A stretch of 64,000 bases of DNA from Eledone cirrhosa (Eukaryota), in contig OZ024745.1 of NCBI GenBank assembly GCA_964016885.1, forward strand, positions 122,574,001-122,638,000. The letters run 5' to 3'. Shown here piece after piece: positions 1 through 13,680 of the stretch; position 1 is the first letter of the stretch; each line of letters starts with the position of its first letter. Position numbers and translations under genes: made by a program. A model generated the notes under the pieces. The model had not been told where the DNA came from. It saw only the letters and a program-made list of their open reading frames with translations, and did not search any database.

Positions 1-659
1 GTTATTTCTGCATTTGAGTACCTTCATTTTCTTAGAACTTCATAACTCCTCAACCCTAAAACATTGCCTCAAAAAGAACCTTAAGATGAGTATAAATTTT
101 GTCATGGGGCCAGCAAGGCTAACTCCTGATTTGGTAGGGAAAATAGCCTTAAAATACCTGCAGCATAATATAATATTCTCTATAATATATATACAGAAAC
201 TGTAGTCAAACATTACACAAAGTTTGATATATTTGAATTATTTTGTGACAAGTGTCTTGCTCACACAAAACTGTTTTTAGCTTGGGTTCTACAGCTGGAT
301 GCCCTTCCTAACACCATTGTTCTGTAATTGGGATGGAGATGGACATCTGCAAAACTGACCTCTGTTAGTTGGACTGGCTTTTTCAGTACATCTCCCTTGC
401 TATCTTCCAGTGTAATGAAGTAGCAATTCTCACTGATGTGACCATGAAGCAACATCTGTTTGATGTTTTGCAAAGGACATATATATTTTCTTTGTGTCAT
501 ATATAAACAGCAGTATACAACACAGTCCAACATAATGGCTGTTTGAAGATTTGCTCTAGTCACCATATGGTATTAATTCAGTACCTCAAATATACAACAA
601 TCTATCTCTCAAATATATTGATTTGTAAGTAAAATCAATGAAATAGTTTGTGAGTTATT

Positions 660-2560
660 TTAGAATGTAATAATAGTTTCTGACATAGGCACAATGCCAG
701 AATTATTTGTAGGAAGGGGAAAGTCGATTATATTGAACACAGTATTTGACTGGTACTTTATTAACACCAGAAGGATGACAAGTAAAGTTGACTTCAGCCA
801 GATTTGAACTGGAATGTAGAGTGTCTTAACATAATACTGCAATGTATTTCATCCAATGAACTAACACGTCTGTCCTTCTTTTGAATGTAATAATTGTTTC
901 TACTTTTGGCACAAGGCCAGCAATTACTCAGTACATTACTGGTACTTTATTTTATCGACCCCGTAAGGATAAAAGGCAAAGTTAACCTCGACGGGATTTG
1001 AACTCAGACCGTAAAGGGACGTAACTATGCTGGAAAGCATGGCGTCCGTCCCTCTACTGATACTGCCAATTCACCGCATGATGGCTTCTGATTTAGGCAC
1101 GAGGCCAACAATTTTGGGGAGGGGGAAAGTCAATTAAATCAACTCCAGTGCATTGCTGTTACTTCATTTTATCGACTCTGTAAGGATGAAAAACAAAGCT
1201 AACTTTGGCGGGGTTTGAACTCAGAATGTAAAGGGACCTAATTATATGCTGCAAAGCATGGTGTCTGATGCTCTACTGATACTCTCAACCCACCACCCTT
1301 TGTGTAAAAATATAATGATAATGGTTTCTGATTTAGGCACAAGGCTAACAATTTTGGGGGTTGGGGAAAGTCGATCATATCGACCCCAGTACATTACTGG
1401 TGCTTTATTTTATCGACACTGTAAGGATGAAAGGCAAAGTTAACCTCGGTGGGATTTGAACTCACAATGTAAACGTCTGTAACTATATGTAATAATGTCC
1501 TAATAATTGTTTCTACTTTAGGCACTAGGCCAGCAATTTGAAGGGGAGGGGAGGGGAAAGTCGATTAAATCGACCCCAATGTGTTACTGGTACTTTATTT
1601 TATTGACTGCCATAAGGATGAAAGGCAAAGCTAATCTTGGCAGGGAAACACCTTCTCTATTCTGTCCGCCAGGGCCGTGGGGTGGCCAGGGCCGTGGGGT
1701 GGCCAGGGCCGTGGGGTGGCCAGCACGTGGGACCCCATTTGCTCATAATAGTAGGAGCAGATTGTGAGGGAGTAAAGTGGACCTGTTGCCATACTTTGTG
1801 TTTTATGGGCCATGTAAACTTCCATTTATACCAGGACAGATAAAAGACAAGGTTCACATTCACACTCACATACTCTTAAACAAGAGATTCAACTCTATGC
1901 TGCAAAGCATGGTGTCCGAAGCTTTATCAGTACAGCCAATTTCTTATAATGGTACAAGGTGACCAGATGTTATGGAAGGAGAGAAGTTAATTGAATTAAC
2001 CTCTGCATATAACTAGTAATTGTTTTTTAGGCACCAGTGAATTGAAAGACAAATGTAACCCTTGTAGGACCTCAACTCAGAATGTAGACAGATACAATAC
2101 TATATATTGATTTCTGATTTTCTAAATCAGAAGGCCAACATTTTGGGGCGAGGAAAAAGTCGATTAAATCAACCCCGGTGCATTATCGGTACTTTATTTT
2201 ATTGATCACGTAAGGATGAAAGGCAAAGTTAACCTTGACAGGATTTGAACTCAGGTCGTAAAGGGGCGTAACTCTATGCTGCAAAGCATATTGTCCAACG
2301 TTCTACCGATACTGGCAATCCGCCACCCTTACAACACTAAATATTGTTAAACATTCCATCTAATTCCCAACCATTTCTGCCATTCTACCACTTATGTTTT
2401 ATTAGAATATAATAATAAATTATAACATAAACACAAGTGTAGTTGATTATATAAACCCCAGTTGTTTACTGGTACTTATGTTATGAAGCACAGAAAAACA
2501 AGATGCAGAATCAGACTCAGCAGGAATTGAAATCAGAAAGTAAGATGTAACTAATTAGCA
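660..2560 (-). mobile_element. Head-to-tail cluster of about 8 tRNA-derived SINE copies (family A, Meta/MESC-like core)
   Basis: Repeated reverse complement of GGCAGTATCGGTAG (A-box-like)...GAGTTCAAATCCC (B box)...TTTGCCTTTCATCCTTACGGGGTCGATAAAATAAAGTACCAG...TTGTGCCTAAAGTAGAAACAATTATT. Confidence 0.85.
1667..1722 (+). repeat. 17-bp GC-rich tandem repeat (GCCAGGGCCGTGGGGTG x3), G-quadruplex-prone
   Basis: Direct reading. Confidence 0.8.
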
Positions 2561-2586
2561 TAAGACATGCATAAGATACTCTACTC

Positions 2587-2803
2587 CAGGCATGTCAAAC
2601 TGAGGGTCTCCCGGGGGCCACATGGGTCACATATGTGTTGTCTGAGGGCCACACACAACAACAAACTGCACCCATTACGACACATTTTTTTATTTTATAT
2701 TACGAAGATAAAACATGCTTGCGCTGTAAAAACCTTTGTGTGGGTCACAGGTCTGCTTGTAAAGGACCACATGTGGCCCACAGGCCGCTTGTTTGACATG
2801 CCT
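2587..2803. mobile_element. hAT-type MITE
   Basis: TIR CAGGCATGTCAAAC / GTTTGACATGCCTG; 8-bp TSD-like CTCTACTC / CTCTACTG. Confidence 0.8.
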
Positions 2804-3245
2804 GCTCTACTGTCTCTGCAATCCATTCTTACCATTTCTTTAGTTCTTATGCTAGGCTATCTGGGTGGAACCCCGAAACATTAGAATATAATGTAATATA
2901 ACAGAATGTATAATTACTCTTCAGTTTTCAGTACAGAAAAGACCAATAAGCTATTAGTTTAACTCTTTAGAATTTAAACCAGCCAGAATTCTCTCACCTT
3001 TTTCTCTTCGAAATGGCTGTCACTGGCTGCTGATACTGATGTTAAAGTATTGTTCTCAAAATAAATAATATCAAAATCTCATAGATTCGATATTATGTGA
3101 GATAATTATGTGAAATAATTATGTGAGATAATCATGTGAGATAAAGAGTTTCCCGTGAATATACAATAGTAAATATAGAGTAAAGGTTAATATCCTATTC
3201 TTTGACATTATCTTTGCTGTTGTTATTTGTCATTGTTTTACTTAC

Positions 3246-3391
3246 CTTGGCAAGGTGCAGTCTCCCATTGGATGCTCGGCTTGTAAGTAACATATGATTA
3301 GAGAAAAGAAAGACTTGTCGCACAACTTCTCGTTTAGAAGAAAGACCGAGCAGATTCTTTGGTTTATCTGGCAACAACTGAAGTAAAAGTC
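3246..3391 (-). CDS. RASGRF: Internal coding exon of a Ras-specific guanine nucleotide-releasing factor (RasGRF1/2-like), second PH domain
   Basis: Minus strand: ttgcag|GA CTT TTA...GCC AAG|gtaagt, 146 bp, phase 1 in / phase 0 out. Encodes (G)LLLQLLPDKPKNLLGLSSKREVVRQVFLFSNHMLLTSRASNGRLHLAK, which matches vertebrate RasGRF1 PH2 as I recall it (GSLIQV...[30 protein letters not shown]). Neighbouring exons not found in the window. Confidence 0.88.
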
Positions 3392-3454
3392 CTGCAATAA
3401 TAGAAACGAAAATGCAAATATAAATAATTATTTACAAAATGTAGAAATAGTGTA

Positions 3455-3760
3455 ATAGTAATGTACGTGAACGGCAAAGCATAAACAAATTGAGAGAGAG
3501 ACTAAGTATAAGAGGTATCAAATGTTGTGTGCTGGAGAGGAGATTGCACTGGTATGGACATGTGATGTGTATGAAGGACAACAGCGGTATAAAAAAGTGC
3601 AGAGCAATCAAAATTGATGGAAACTACGGAGTGGGTAGACCTAGAAAAACCTGGGATGAGGTGATAAAAACTGACCTTGCACACTTACACCTCTCTAAGA
3701 CAATGTCACTGGATCAAGATCTTTAGCGCTATAGGTTATACAGAAGACCTGCCTTCCCTT
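3455..3760 (+). mobile_element. RTE-clade LINE 3' fragment
   Basis: ORF 3490-3726 ERRLHWYGHVM...GRPRKTWDEVIKTDL, the typical RTE C-terminus. Confidence 0.8.
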
Positions 3761-3844
3761 GTATACAAACTTAAACCTACAGTCAGCAGGCACCCCTTGA
3801 CCTAATATACACCCCACCTCACACACCCTACTCCATCCCCCATT

Positions 3845-4102
3845 TCCGTCCACAGTAAAGTGGTCATGTCGGTGACATGACAAAAAGCACCCAGTCCACA
3901 CTGTAAAGTGGTCGTGTAGAAGACAAGGTAAAAAGGCTCCCAGTCCACACTGTAAAGGTGGTTGGTGTTAGGAAGGGCATCCAGCCGTAGAAAACCTGTT
4001 AGGGACAGTTCTGAATGAGCAAGACATGGTCTCCCGTCCAATCTCCCCTCAAGTGGAACAAAACCGTCCAACCCATGCTAATGTGGAAGATGGACATTAA
4101 AC

Positions 4103-4138
<36 letters not shown>
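3845..4138 (+). mobile_element. SINE family C (48-bp internal unit, AGGAAGGGCATCCAGC motif, (GAT)n tail); other copies at ~5355-5700, 6700-6915, 18830-19100(-), 19280-19482, 34920-35138, 54175-54468(-), 62020-62530(-)
   Basis: Shared body CACACTGTAAAGTGG...AGGAAGGGCATCCAGCYGTAGAAA...CCCATGCTAGCATGGAA...GGACGTTAAA(TGA)n. Confidence 0.8.
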
Positions 4139-4139
<1 letters not shown>

Positions 4140-4183
4140 ATATTGACTATAATGAAAGAGAAACAATTCAGTGAAAATCTTTT

Positions 4184-4641
4184 TTAACCCTTTCCTTGCT
4201 GTATTTCTAATCTTGAAAATAATCAAGAATTTGGAAGGAGTTAATAATATAACAAACTTTCTGATTATCAAGTCGGTGTTTGAAACATAATTTAACCCTT
4301 TAGCATTTAAACCGGCCGTATCCGGTCAAAATTCTCTCATCTCCTTCTGTTCAAACTAGCCATAACTAGCCACTCATACCAGCTTTAAGTTATTGTTCTC
4401 AAAATAAATAATATCAAAATCTCATAGATTCAATATTATATGAGATAATTATTTGAGATAAAGCCTTTACTGTGAAAATACAATAGTGTATATAGAGTAT
4501 TGGAAATACTAAAGGGTTAATGAAGGTACTTAGATAAAATTAGGATAGAAGACTTTTAGTTAAATATAAGCACTTTAAAACAAACAATTTTGTATCAGGC
4601 ACACAGCTCGATTTCTGGTGGTTTGATATCAAAAGGGTTAA
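4184..4641. mobile_element. Nested TTAA/piggyBac-type MITEs (outer 4184-4641; inner 4292-4520 inserted at a TTAA)
   Basis: Both have TTAA-CCCTTT...AAAGGG-TTAA ends. The outer family recurs at ~34474-34780, 40350-40595 and 41371-41623. Confidence 0.75.
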
Positions 4642-5046
4642 ATACCCCAAAGATTCCTCTGTTAGACATCTCTATTTTTTTGTCTTATATATGAAAGTAA
4701 CATTTAAAATGAAAGTTATTGAAACATAGTTATAAAGCATGGATGAGTAGGGAGAAAAGCTGGATATAAGAGCTATCGGATGTAGTGTGCAAAGGGAAGT
4801 CTGTGTTGGTATGGACATTTGATGCTGATGGATGATGATCATTGGGTAAAGAAGTTACAGGAAATTCCAGTGGAAGGTAGCTACAGTAAAAGAAGACCAA
4901 GGAAGATCTAGGCAAAGGTGGTGAGAATTGACAACAAATTGCTGAAGCTCACAGTGGAAATAATGAAGGAATACAGGGAATTGAGGAATGTTGTGTTGGA
5001 AAAACTTGCCCAACCCATACAAGCATAGAAAATGATGATGATGATA

Positions 5047-5091
<45 letters not shown>

Positions 5092-6652
5092 ATATATATG
5101 TCTGTGTTGATGTCTACATCATAGATATTTATTTTATGTTTTAATGATAGGAGACCCAGTTCTATTGTGTTATAATTTTTCCAGTGACAGGAGACAGTAT
5201 TTGAAATTGGAACACATAAAGCTGGAATAGATACCATAAGTTTGATCCTCGAACAATTCCACCAATCCACAACTCTATATATTGCATAAAATCATGAGTT
5301 ATGGGTAAGAAATTCAGTTTGTGTTTTGCTATGGAATAGACTGTAGGAAACTTTGAAGTGGTCATGCAGGTGTCACGACAAAAAGCACCCAGTCCAGACT
5401 GTAAAGTGGTCATGCAGGTGTCACGACAAAGAGCACCCAGCCCACACTGTAAAATGGTCATGTAGGTGTCATGACAAAAAGCACTCAGTCCACACTGTAA
5501 AGTGGTCGTGTAGATATCACAACAAAAGCACACACTGTAAATGTGGTTGGCATTAGGAAAGGCATCCAGCCGTAGAAACCAAGCCAAAATCAGTTCTGCA
5601 TGAACAAGACATGGTCACCTGACCTGGCCTATCTCACAACAGGGAAACTCATCTAACCCATGCTAGAGAGGAAAAGTGGACGTTAAATGGTGATGATGAT
5701 GAACCTCCTTTTGTTGTCACCAGAGAAATATTTCTGGGAGGCCATACTAATCTAGAACTTCAATTACAAAGAGATTCTATCATTTGGTCTTCATTACTGA
5801 TATATGAATGACATTAGTAGTAGTAACAATAGCTGGATTCATAAAGCATAGATTAGTCTTAAAATAAAATCTAAATATATTGAAGTGAATAATTCTGTGG
5901 TAGCTACCTTGTCGTTGTTCTCAATAAACACTACTTTCTAGTTAACAATTTATTTTTCTAAATGGGACATTTAAATTATAATGTGAACTCAATCTTCACT
6001 AAGTTTGCAATTACACTTAAGATTAATCATTAATTCAGTATAAAATAAGAGACAGAGTAGAAGTGAAAGTTTTAGATGACGTAATGTCGTATTTGTTGGG
6101 AAATTTTTCTTGATATTACGCAATATACAATTAAACAGTTGTCATATGAGTAATTATAGATTCGATAGTGGTTTGAAATCATTGGTTTAACACTTTAGCA
6201 TTTAAACTGGCCATATCCGTCCAGAATTTTCTCATCTCTTTATGTTCAAACTAACCATAGTTGGTCAGTCATACTAATGTTGAGGTATTGTTCTCAAAAT
6301 AAATAACATCAAAATCTCATAAATTCGATATGTGAGATAATTATGTGAGGTAAAGCCTTTACCATGAAAAGAAAATATAGTAAATATTGAATAATGTAAA
6401 TGCTAAAGGGTTAAATACTTTGGTATTTGTTTCAGCTCTCTGCACTCAGAGTTCAAATCCTACTATGATTAACTTTACCTTTCATCCTTTCAGGGTTAAT
6501 TAAAAAATAAATAGCAGTGCAAAAGAAGAGGGTAGGTGGGATTGTTAAAGAATCAGATACAGCTGTGTGTGTTCTACTTCAAATCTCACCTGCTCATGCC
6601 AGAATTTGTGACCAGCAAATAGTATCAGCAAGCAGGGAAAAGCGGACGTAAA

Positions 6653-6684
<32 letters not shown>

Positions 6685-7796
6685 TGGAAAGACGAAAGGT
6701 GTCACAACAAAAAGTACCCAGCCTACACTGTAAAGTGGTCATGTAGGCAACACGGCAAAATGCACCTTGTCCACACTGTAAATGTGGTTGGCATTAGGCA
6801 TGGCATCCAGCCATAGAAACCAAGCCAGAATCAGTTCTGTGTGAGCAAATCAGAAAAGGACAGCTTGTCCTACCCATACTAACATGGAAGATGGACGTTA
6901 AATATGATGATGATGAAAACTCTATCAACAGCTAATAATTTGTTCTAATATCTGAAGATGTCATTTGCTGGGATATTAATTCTTCATTACCATAAGACAT
7001 TAACATAAGTTTTAATGTGTCAGCTCACCTTAGCCCTTCCTCTTTTAATCCCAGTCCTCTTAAACCCAAACTAATCCATTAATTACTTTTTTTTGTCTTA
7101 CAAAACTTATCCCTTATTTTTATCATATTTATATATCAACCTTCTGTTTTCTATTTGTCTTTAGATAAAATCAAGAATACATGCAGATGTTAAATATTGT
7201 GTGTACTTAAACAAACGTATGGATATGAGAACATTTGATGGTTAGTTGCTATAAATTTTTAATATATATCAACATTATATGATGAGAGGTATGTAAGTTT
7301 TGAAAGTAAATACATCTCATTTTCTCATTTCTATCATCACCATCATTATTATCATCCTCACCATTAATATCTATTTTCTCAAATATTTATGATTAATACA
7401 GGTTAATGTAGGTTAATACAGGTTAGCAACTAACTTGCAAATGATCCTGTGTCAACCTAACAGAGCTGTAATAAATATTACATTTTCAAGAGAATACTTG
7501 TCTCAGAGGAAGATTTTATGAGTGAATATTTTCTACATACCAACCATAAGAAGTTAAAACCAATCAGTTTATATGTAAAATGATGATAATGATGTGATTA
7601 GATTTAACGAGGTGGAGGAAAACCTCATAACATTTGTACGCACTCTCTCAAACTATTGAGGTCAATGTAGTCATTAGAAGTTTCAAAAGTTTACAGTTGT
7701 GGAGATAATGGAGTGAGAAAAATACTTAGTGCAAGGCTTGTTGAAATGAAATGCTGAAGAGATGTTGAAACAAGTGACACATGTATTAGATAGAGC

Positions 7797-8083
7797 AGAG
7801 ATCCCCAACCAACAGGCTGCAGTCCATGGATAATTTGCTACCGGGCCACAAAGAAATAATTAACTTGTTTAAAATTATATAATAGATAAATTGAATATTG
7901 GGCTTTAATTTAAAAAGATTTGTTTAAATATTCAATATTCATCTACTTTAATAAATTGCTCTTTTTATTATTGCTCTCTTTATCAAAATGCACTTAAATA
8001 ACACATATGTGCAACTACCGGTCTGTGGAAAGATTGTCCGACATGAAGCTGGTCTGTGGTATAAAAAAGGTTGGAGACCACTG
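7797..8083. mobile_element. hAT (Charlie-like) MITE
   Basis: CAGAGATCCCCAACC...GGTTGGAGACCACTG termini; 8-bp TSD-like AGATAGAG / AGCTAGAG. Confidence 0.7.
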
Positions 8084-8849
8084 AGCTAGAGTACGATTTT
8101 TTTAAAAATTTCTTATTGTCCATGACAATTTTCAGAGCCTACAAGACTGGTGAGAAGGAAGAAGGAAGTTATCCTCAAACCAGAAACCTGGCACAAATGC
8201 TTGCTAAAGAGTGGACTCTGCTTAAGTTACCCCAAGAACAGGTAGATGGTATTAAACTGGATGATAGATGTTTACCACCAAAGTAGATCATAGTGGACTT
8301 ATAACTAAGACTACAAAGAGCTGGAACAATTACCACAAATTATATATAAGGATTCCATCCCTGGTTTAAACTTTAATTATTGAGCTCAGACTGTAAGGAG
8401 CTGGAATAAATAATGCAAGGCATATCGTCTGGTGTTTTAATGCTTCTGCTAATTTGCCAGATATTTATTTAGAAGAGCAGGAAGCATTGTTCTAGCAGAA
8501 GCAGTACATATGCAGGCTAGTAAATTGTAACATATTGGTGAGTGAATCTTTGCCAGTCAGTCAGATGAACACTTTTGAAAATGCTTTAGGATGAGGCTCC
8601 CCAAAGCTGTTGATACAATTAGCTTTTATTTTCTATTTATTTTATATTCAGTTTACTGAGTTAGTTATTTACTTATATATCTTTGTACATTCTTGGGATT
8701 GATGAGGAACCAAGGATTCCATAAAGGAGTTGATGGTCTAAATTTGGAGATTCCTGGTTTAAAACGTATGCAAATGTCCATTTTCAGAGCTGTAGTATTT
8801 TCTAGCCATGAAAAAGCCTAGCCTTTAGGATACTGTTTTGGTAATAGAT

Positions 8850-9382
8850 CAGGAGTGTGCAATATATTCCATTGGTGGGCCACTTTTGAACATTGGAACA
8901 ACTATCAGGGCCAGTCACTGTGAAAAATATGTAATCTAATGAAAACCACAATTTCTTTCCATAACATAGAACTGGGAAATTATAACACAGATAACCCTAC
9001 AGTGAAGCCCTCTAGTATAGGTCAACTGGGAAATTATAACACAGATAACCCTACAGTGAAGCCCTCTAGTAGAGGTCAACTGGGAAATTATAACACAGAT
9101 AACCCTACAGTGAAGCCCTTTAGTAGAGGTCAACTGGGAAATTATAAGACACACAACCCTACAGTGAAGCCCTCTAGTATAGGTCAACTGGGAAATTATA
9201 ACACAGATAACCCTACAGTGAAGCCCTCTAGTATAGGTCAACTAACAGAAAATTGTATTACAGTTATGAAAAAAATTCTAAATAAGTCTACAAAGTAAAA
9301 ATTAAAAACGGTCATTACGGGCCATTTTGACTGGTCTGGTGGGCCTGAGTGTGGCCCGCAGGTTGCCTGTTGCACACCCCTG
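8850..9382. mobile_element. hAT-type MITE carrying a 54-bp x5 internal minisatellite (8970-9243)
   Basis: CAGGAGTGTGCAA...TTGCACACCCCTG termini; unit ACTGGGAAATTATAACACAGATAACCCTACAGTGAAGCCCTCTAGTATAGGTCA. Confidence 0.75.
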
Positions 9383-11159
9383 GTATAGATACATTATTAT
9401 AATGAAAGGAATATGATGCCTAGTATTTGTACTTATTGTGTTATCTATGAATAAAGAGGATGAGCTACTACCAAAATATTCCCTTGACATATGAAAGGAG
9501 TTTAGGCAGTCATGTCTAAAATACCATATATATATTTTTTTTTAGGTCTTTGTTCTTAGAAACTGTGTAAAATTATTATAAGCTATATATGTGGAGGATA
9601 TAATTGTATGTAGAAGTTAAGGGTTGTATCATCAATGTAGGAATGTGTGATAAAAAGTAATGATGAGTAAATGAAGAGAAGAAAGCATATAGCAAATATA
9701 ACACATGATAATGTGGAGCAATTTATTCAGGGTTACAACTGAGGTTCTGAAGTGTGACATCATTACAGCAGGTACTATAGGAACCTTATTGATTGTTAGT
9801 AAGCAAGGAAAGAGATTGAAATTGATAAAAACCAATGTATTCCTAACTCTCTCAATCATCTTTGTAATGCTGAGCTGAGTGTCCAGACAAGTTTCCTCTA
9901 TTGAAGATTGTGTCTACCTGGTGATGAGGTAGATAGGCTCAATAAGTGCAGTCAGGAAAAGGTTTGGTTGTAGACATTCAATATTCACACAAAATATATT
10001 CAATCCTTTAGCACTTTAACCAGCCATATCTGGCCAGAATTTTCTCACCTCTTTCTGTTCAAATTGGCTGTAACTGGCCACTCATACTGATATTAAGGTA
10101 TTGTTCTCAAAATAAATAACATCGAAATCTCGTAGATTCAATATTATGTGAGATAAGTATGTAAGATAAAGTCTTTAGTACAAAAATACAATAGTATAAA
10201 TAGAGTAATGTAGATACTAAAAGGTCAATTCTACTTGCTCAGTTATAACATCCAACAACAGACATTAAGCTTTTAGTTTTTGTCGGTTTATTTGATTAAG
10301 AAAACAAACAGGATAATCTACTTCCTAGACAATCAAGGATCTTCATAACAACACATTTTCCAAACATATGCAGAAAAATTGCCTTATCTCATGAGGTGAT
10401 ATTATTCTAGTCTAAAGTCAGTCTCAAGACTGGAGGCTCACCAGGCTAGTGCTTATCTTGGTTTCCATGGCGTTAAGTGACTGAGACTACAATACTCCCC
10501 ACTGGACAGGACACCAGACCATCACAGGGTTAAACTCCCAGCTATTGCTGGTACTCATTTTCAGTTGAGTATACTGGAGCAACATGAAATGAAGTGTTTT
10601 GCTCAAGAACACAACACACAACCCAGTCCAGGAATTGAACTCGCAACATTATAGTCATAAGTCCAACACCCTTACCACTAGGCCACGTAATACCATGTTA
10701 TTCCATGATGTGGATTGGCAGTATCGGTAGAGGGTCACACGCCATGCTTTGACGCATAGAGTTACGGCTTTTGCCTTTCTCAGTTCAAATCCCGCCGAGG
10801 TTAAATTTGCCTTTCATCCTTACGGGGTCGATAAAATAAAGTACCAGTAATACACTGGTTAATTGGTGGCCTTGTGCCAAAAGTAGAAACAATTATTATA
10901 TGCAACACTATTATCTTGCATGGCTGTGTGGTTTAGTATGCTTCACATCAATGTGGTATCAAGTTGAATCTCACTGTCTGCTGGCATCTTGAGCAAGTAT
11001 TTTCTATCATATAAAAGCACATGTTGACAAATGTCTTATGAGTGCAAATAGACTGTGAGGAAGCCTATCAGAAACACACACATACAAATATATATATTTG
11101 TGTGTTTGATGGTAGCTATGATGCTTCCATAGGCGGTATGCCTATATATATATATATAA

Positions 11160-11597
11160 TGCATCTACCATACTCTGAATGCCTTCCTTCCCTGGGCATC
11201 GATACATTGAAGCTCCGACGTCTGGCAACTGACTTGGTAGACACTCACAAAATTATTAACCATCTTGCCAATAACAACCCTGAGCACCTTTTTGATTTCC
11301 ATGTGTCTAACACACGTGGGCATGCCAACAAAGTCAGAAAACAGCACAGCTCCCATGACTTTCGGAAACATTTTTTCACACTCAGAGTTACTGAAGCATG
11401 GAACAAACTACCTGCATCAGTTGTTAGCTGCCAAGACACTGCATCCTTCAAAATCTCCATGCTTCCTGAAATTCGCCAACACTACACCTGATATTCCTCC
11501 TTCCATACACACCCACACATGTATATCAGGACTCATACACTGTTCATTCTATATACTATGCATGCACATTTGATGAGTTGTAGTGCACCTGAGCAGT
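11160..11597 (+). mobile_element. CR1-type LINE 3' end
   Basis: LPSLGIDTLKLRRLATDL...TRGH..KVRKQH...FRKHFF..RV..AWNKLP, the canonical CR1/L2 ORF2 C-terminus. Confidence 0.85.
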
Positions 11598-13264
11598 GTG
11601 GGCTGGGTGCTTTTTTTGCCGTGGCACCTCTACGACCACTTTGCAGTGGAATGATAGGGACCCCGTTCTATCAACTCATTTCTACAGCTGAGTAAACTGG
11701 AGCAATGTGAAATAAAGTGTCTTGCTCAAGGAAACAACACATCACCCGGTCTGAGAATTGAACTCACAACCTTTCGATGGCAAGGTCAATGCTCTAACCA
11801 CTAAGCCATGTTGGGACATGATGGAACACATCTAGATCATGCTGTACCTCTTTCTGTTCAAACTGGCTGTAACTGGCTGCTCATACTGATGTTAAGGTAT
11901 TGTTCTCAAAATAAATAATATCAAAATCTCATAGATTTGATATTACTTGAGATATTATATGAAGTAAAGCCTTTGACACAAAAATACAATAGTATATATA
12001 GAGTAATGTAAATGGTAAAGGGTTAAGTCATAGGACATAAACACAGACATAGACACCTGTATATGTATATGGAACATGAGCATGACACAGTCATCTGACC
12101 TGCCTATCTAGCTTCTGCATGACAACCAGTCTAACCCATGCAAGCATGGAAAATAGACATAAAACAGTGATAATGATAATGATGATATCATCATCACTGT
12201 TTAATGTCTATTTTCTGTAGTTGAATATGTTAGACGGGTTGTCACATTATGAGGCTAGCCAGGTCAAGTGACCATATCTTGCTCAGCCAGATCAAAGTCG
12301 ATACAATAAGTACCAGTCCAGTACTGGGGTCGATTCTTCCTCTATAGAAAAAATCGGCTGTGTTCAGACCTGGAGAGGGTTGGGCTCAGTCAGGTTTAAA
12401 AGTGCCCTAGACACACCATATGTCAGTGCATCTACAACTCCACAAGGAGTTATGGGATCTTATATCATCTCTACCACCCTCCAGGGCCCCCTTAGGCCCC
12501 AACTCCCCTTTGGACCTTCTCAAAGCCCCCAGGGGTCGGAGGCACCCACTTTGAGAACGTCTGCTTTAAAATAACATTGAATGCCATCACGAATTAACAT
12601 GCTTAACTTTGGGATACTTTGGGAAACAATGAATGCCACTATCATAATATATGTTTAGCCTTATTTGACTTAAGCAGAGAGGGAAATATTAGTAGATATA
12701 AGCAATGCAATAGATAGACAAGCTGAGAAACAATGTCAGCATTGAGAAGAACAGCATTATTGAAACTAGCAGATAGATTAAAACATGTAGTGACAAGTAG
12801 ATCTTAAATAACCATTTAATTATCTCAGACCAAAACTGAACAAACAGCAAAATATATAAACTACCAGTTACAAGAGACTTTGTTAGATTTTAAGCAAATA
12901 CAAAGTCACATTTTCACATAAACATCAATATATACACACAAACAACTGAACTTATTCACGTAGTAGGTTGGTTTGAATAGAATGTTCAATTATATATCCC
13001 TTTCGATATTGAACACATAGAACTGTCCTTGGTTCTAGGATACTAAACCGTGTTTTAACCCTTTAGCATTTACTATTGTATTTTTGTGGTAATGGAATAT
13101 ATGAGATTTCGATATTATATATTTTGAGAACAATACCTTAACAACAGCATGAGTGGCCAGTTACAGCCAGTTTGAACAGAAAGAGGTGAGAGAATTCTGG
13201 CTGGATATGGCCGGTTTAAATGCTAAAGGGTTAAGGTGTTTGCAGCTATCTAAAACTCTTTCAT

Positions 13265-13680
13265 TGTGAATTGGCAGTATCGGTAGAGGGTCGGACATAC
13301 TTTCCAGCATAGTTACGTCCCTTTATGGTCTGAGTTCAAATCCCGCCGATGTTAACTTTGCCTTTCATCCATATGGGGTCGATAAAATAAAGTACCAGTA
13401 ATGTACTGGGTAATTGCTGGCCTTGTGCCAAAAGTAGAAACAATTATAATTTTATGTAAGAACTTTTATGTTCCAAACACCAGCTTAACAATTGTTTCTA
13501 CTTTTGGTGCAAGGCCAGCAATTATCCCAGTGTATTACTGGTACTTTATTTTATCGACCCTGTAAGGATGAAAGGCAAAATTAACCTAGGCGGGATTTGA
13601 ACTCAGACCGAAAAGGGACGTAACTCTATGCTGCAAAGCATGGTGTCTGACCGTCTACTGATACTGCCAATCCACCACCA
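13265..13680. mobile_element. Tail-to-tail inverted pair of family-A SINEs (13265-13448 +, 13487-13680 -)
   Basis: Both carry the A/B boxes and core; about 40-bp spacer. Further family-A copies at ~10710-10898, 20364-20962, 36097-36284, 38657-39297 (x3), 48722-48870 and 61295-61655 (x2). Confidence 0.85.

Noticed and set aside
261-566. 101-aa minus ORF next to the RasGRF exon
   Set aside because: No RasGRF similarity; overlaps a SINE fragment and looks like decayed LINE sequence.
8135-8286. HMG-box-like peptide NLAQMLAKEWTLL with AG/GT boundaries
   Set aside because: The alternative frame (RRKK...PETW) resembles a decayed RTE C-terminus, and there are no supporting exons.
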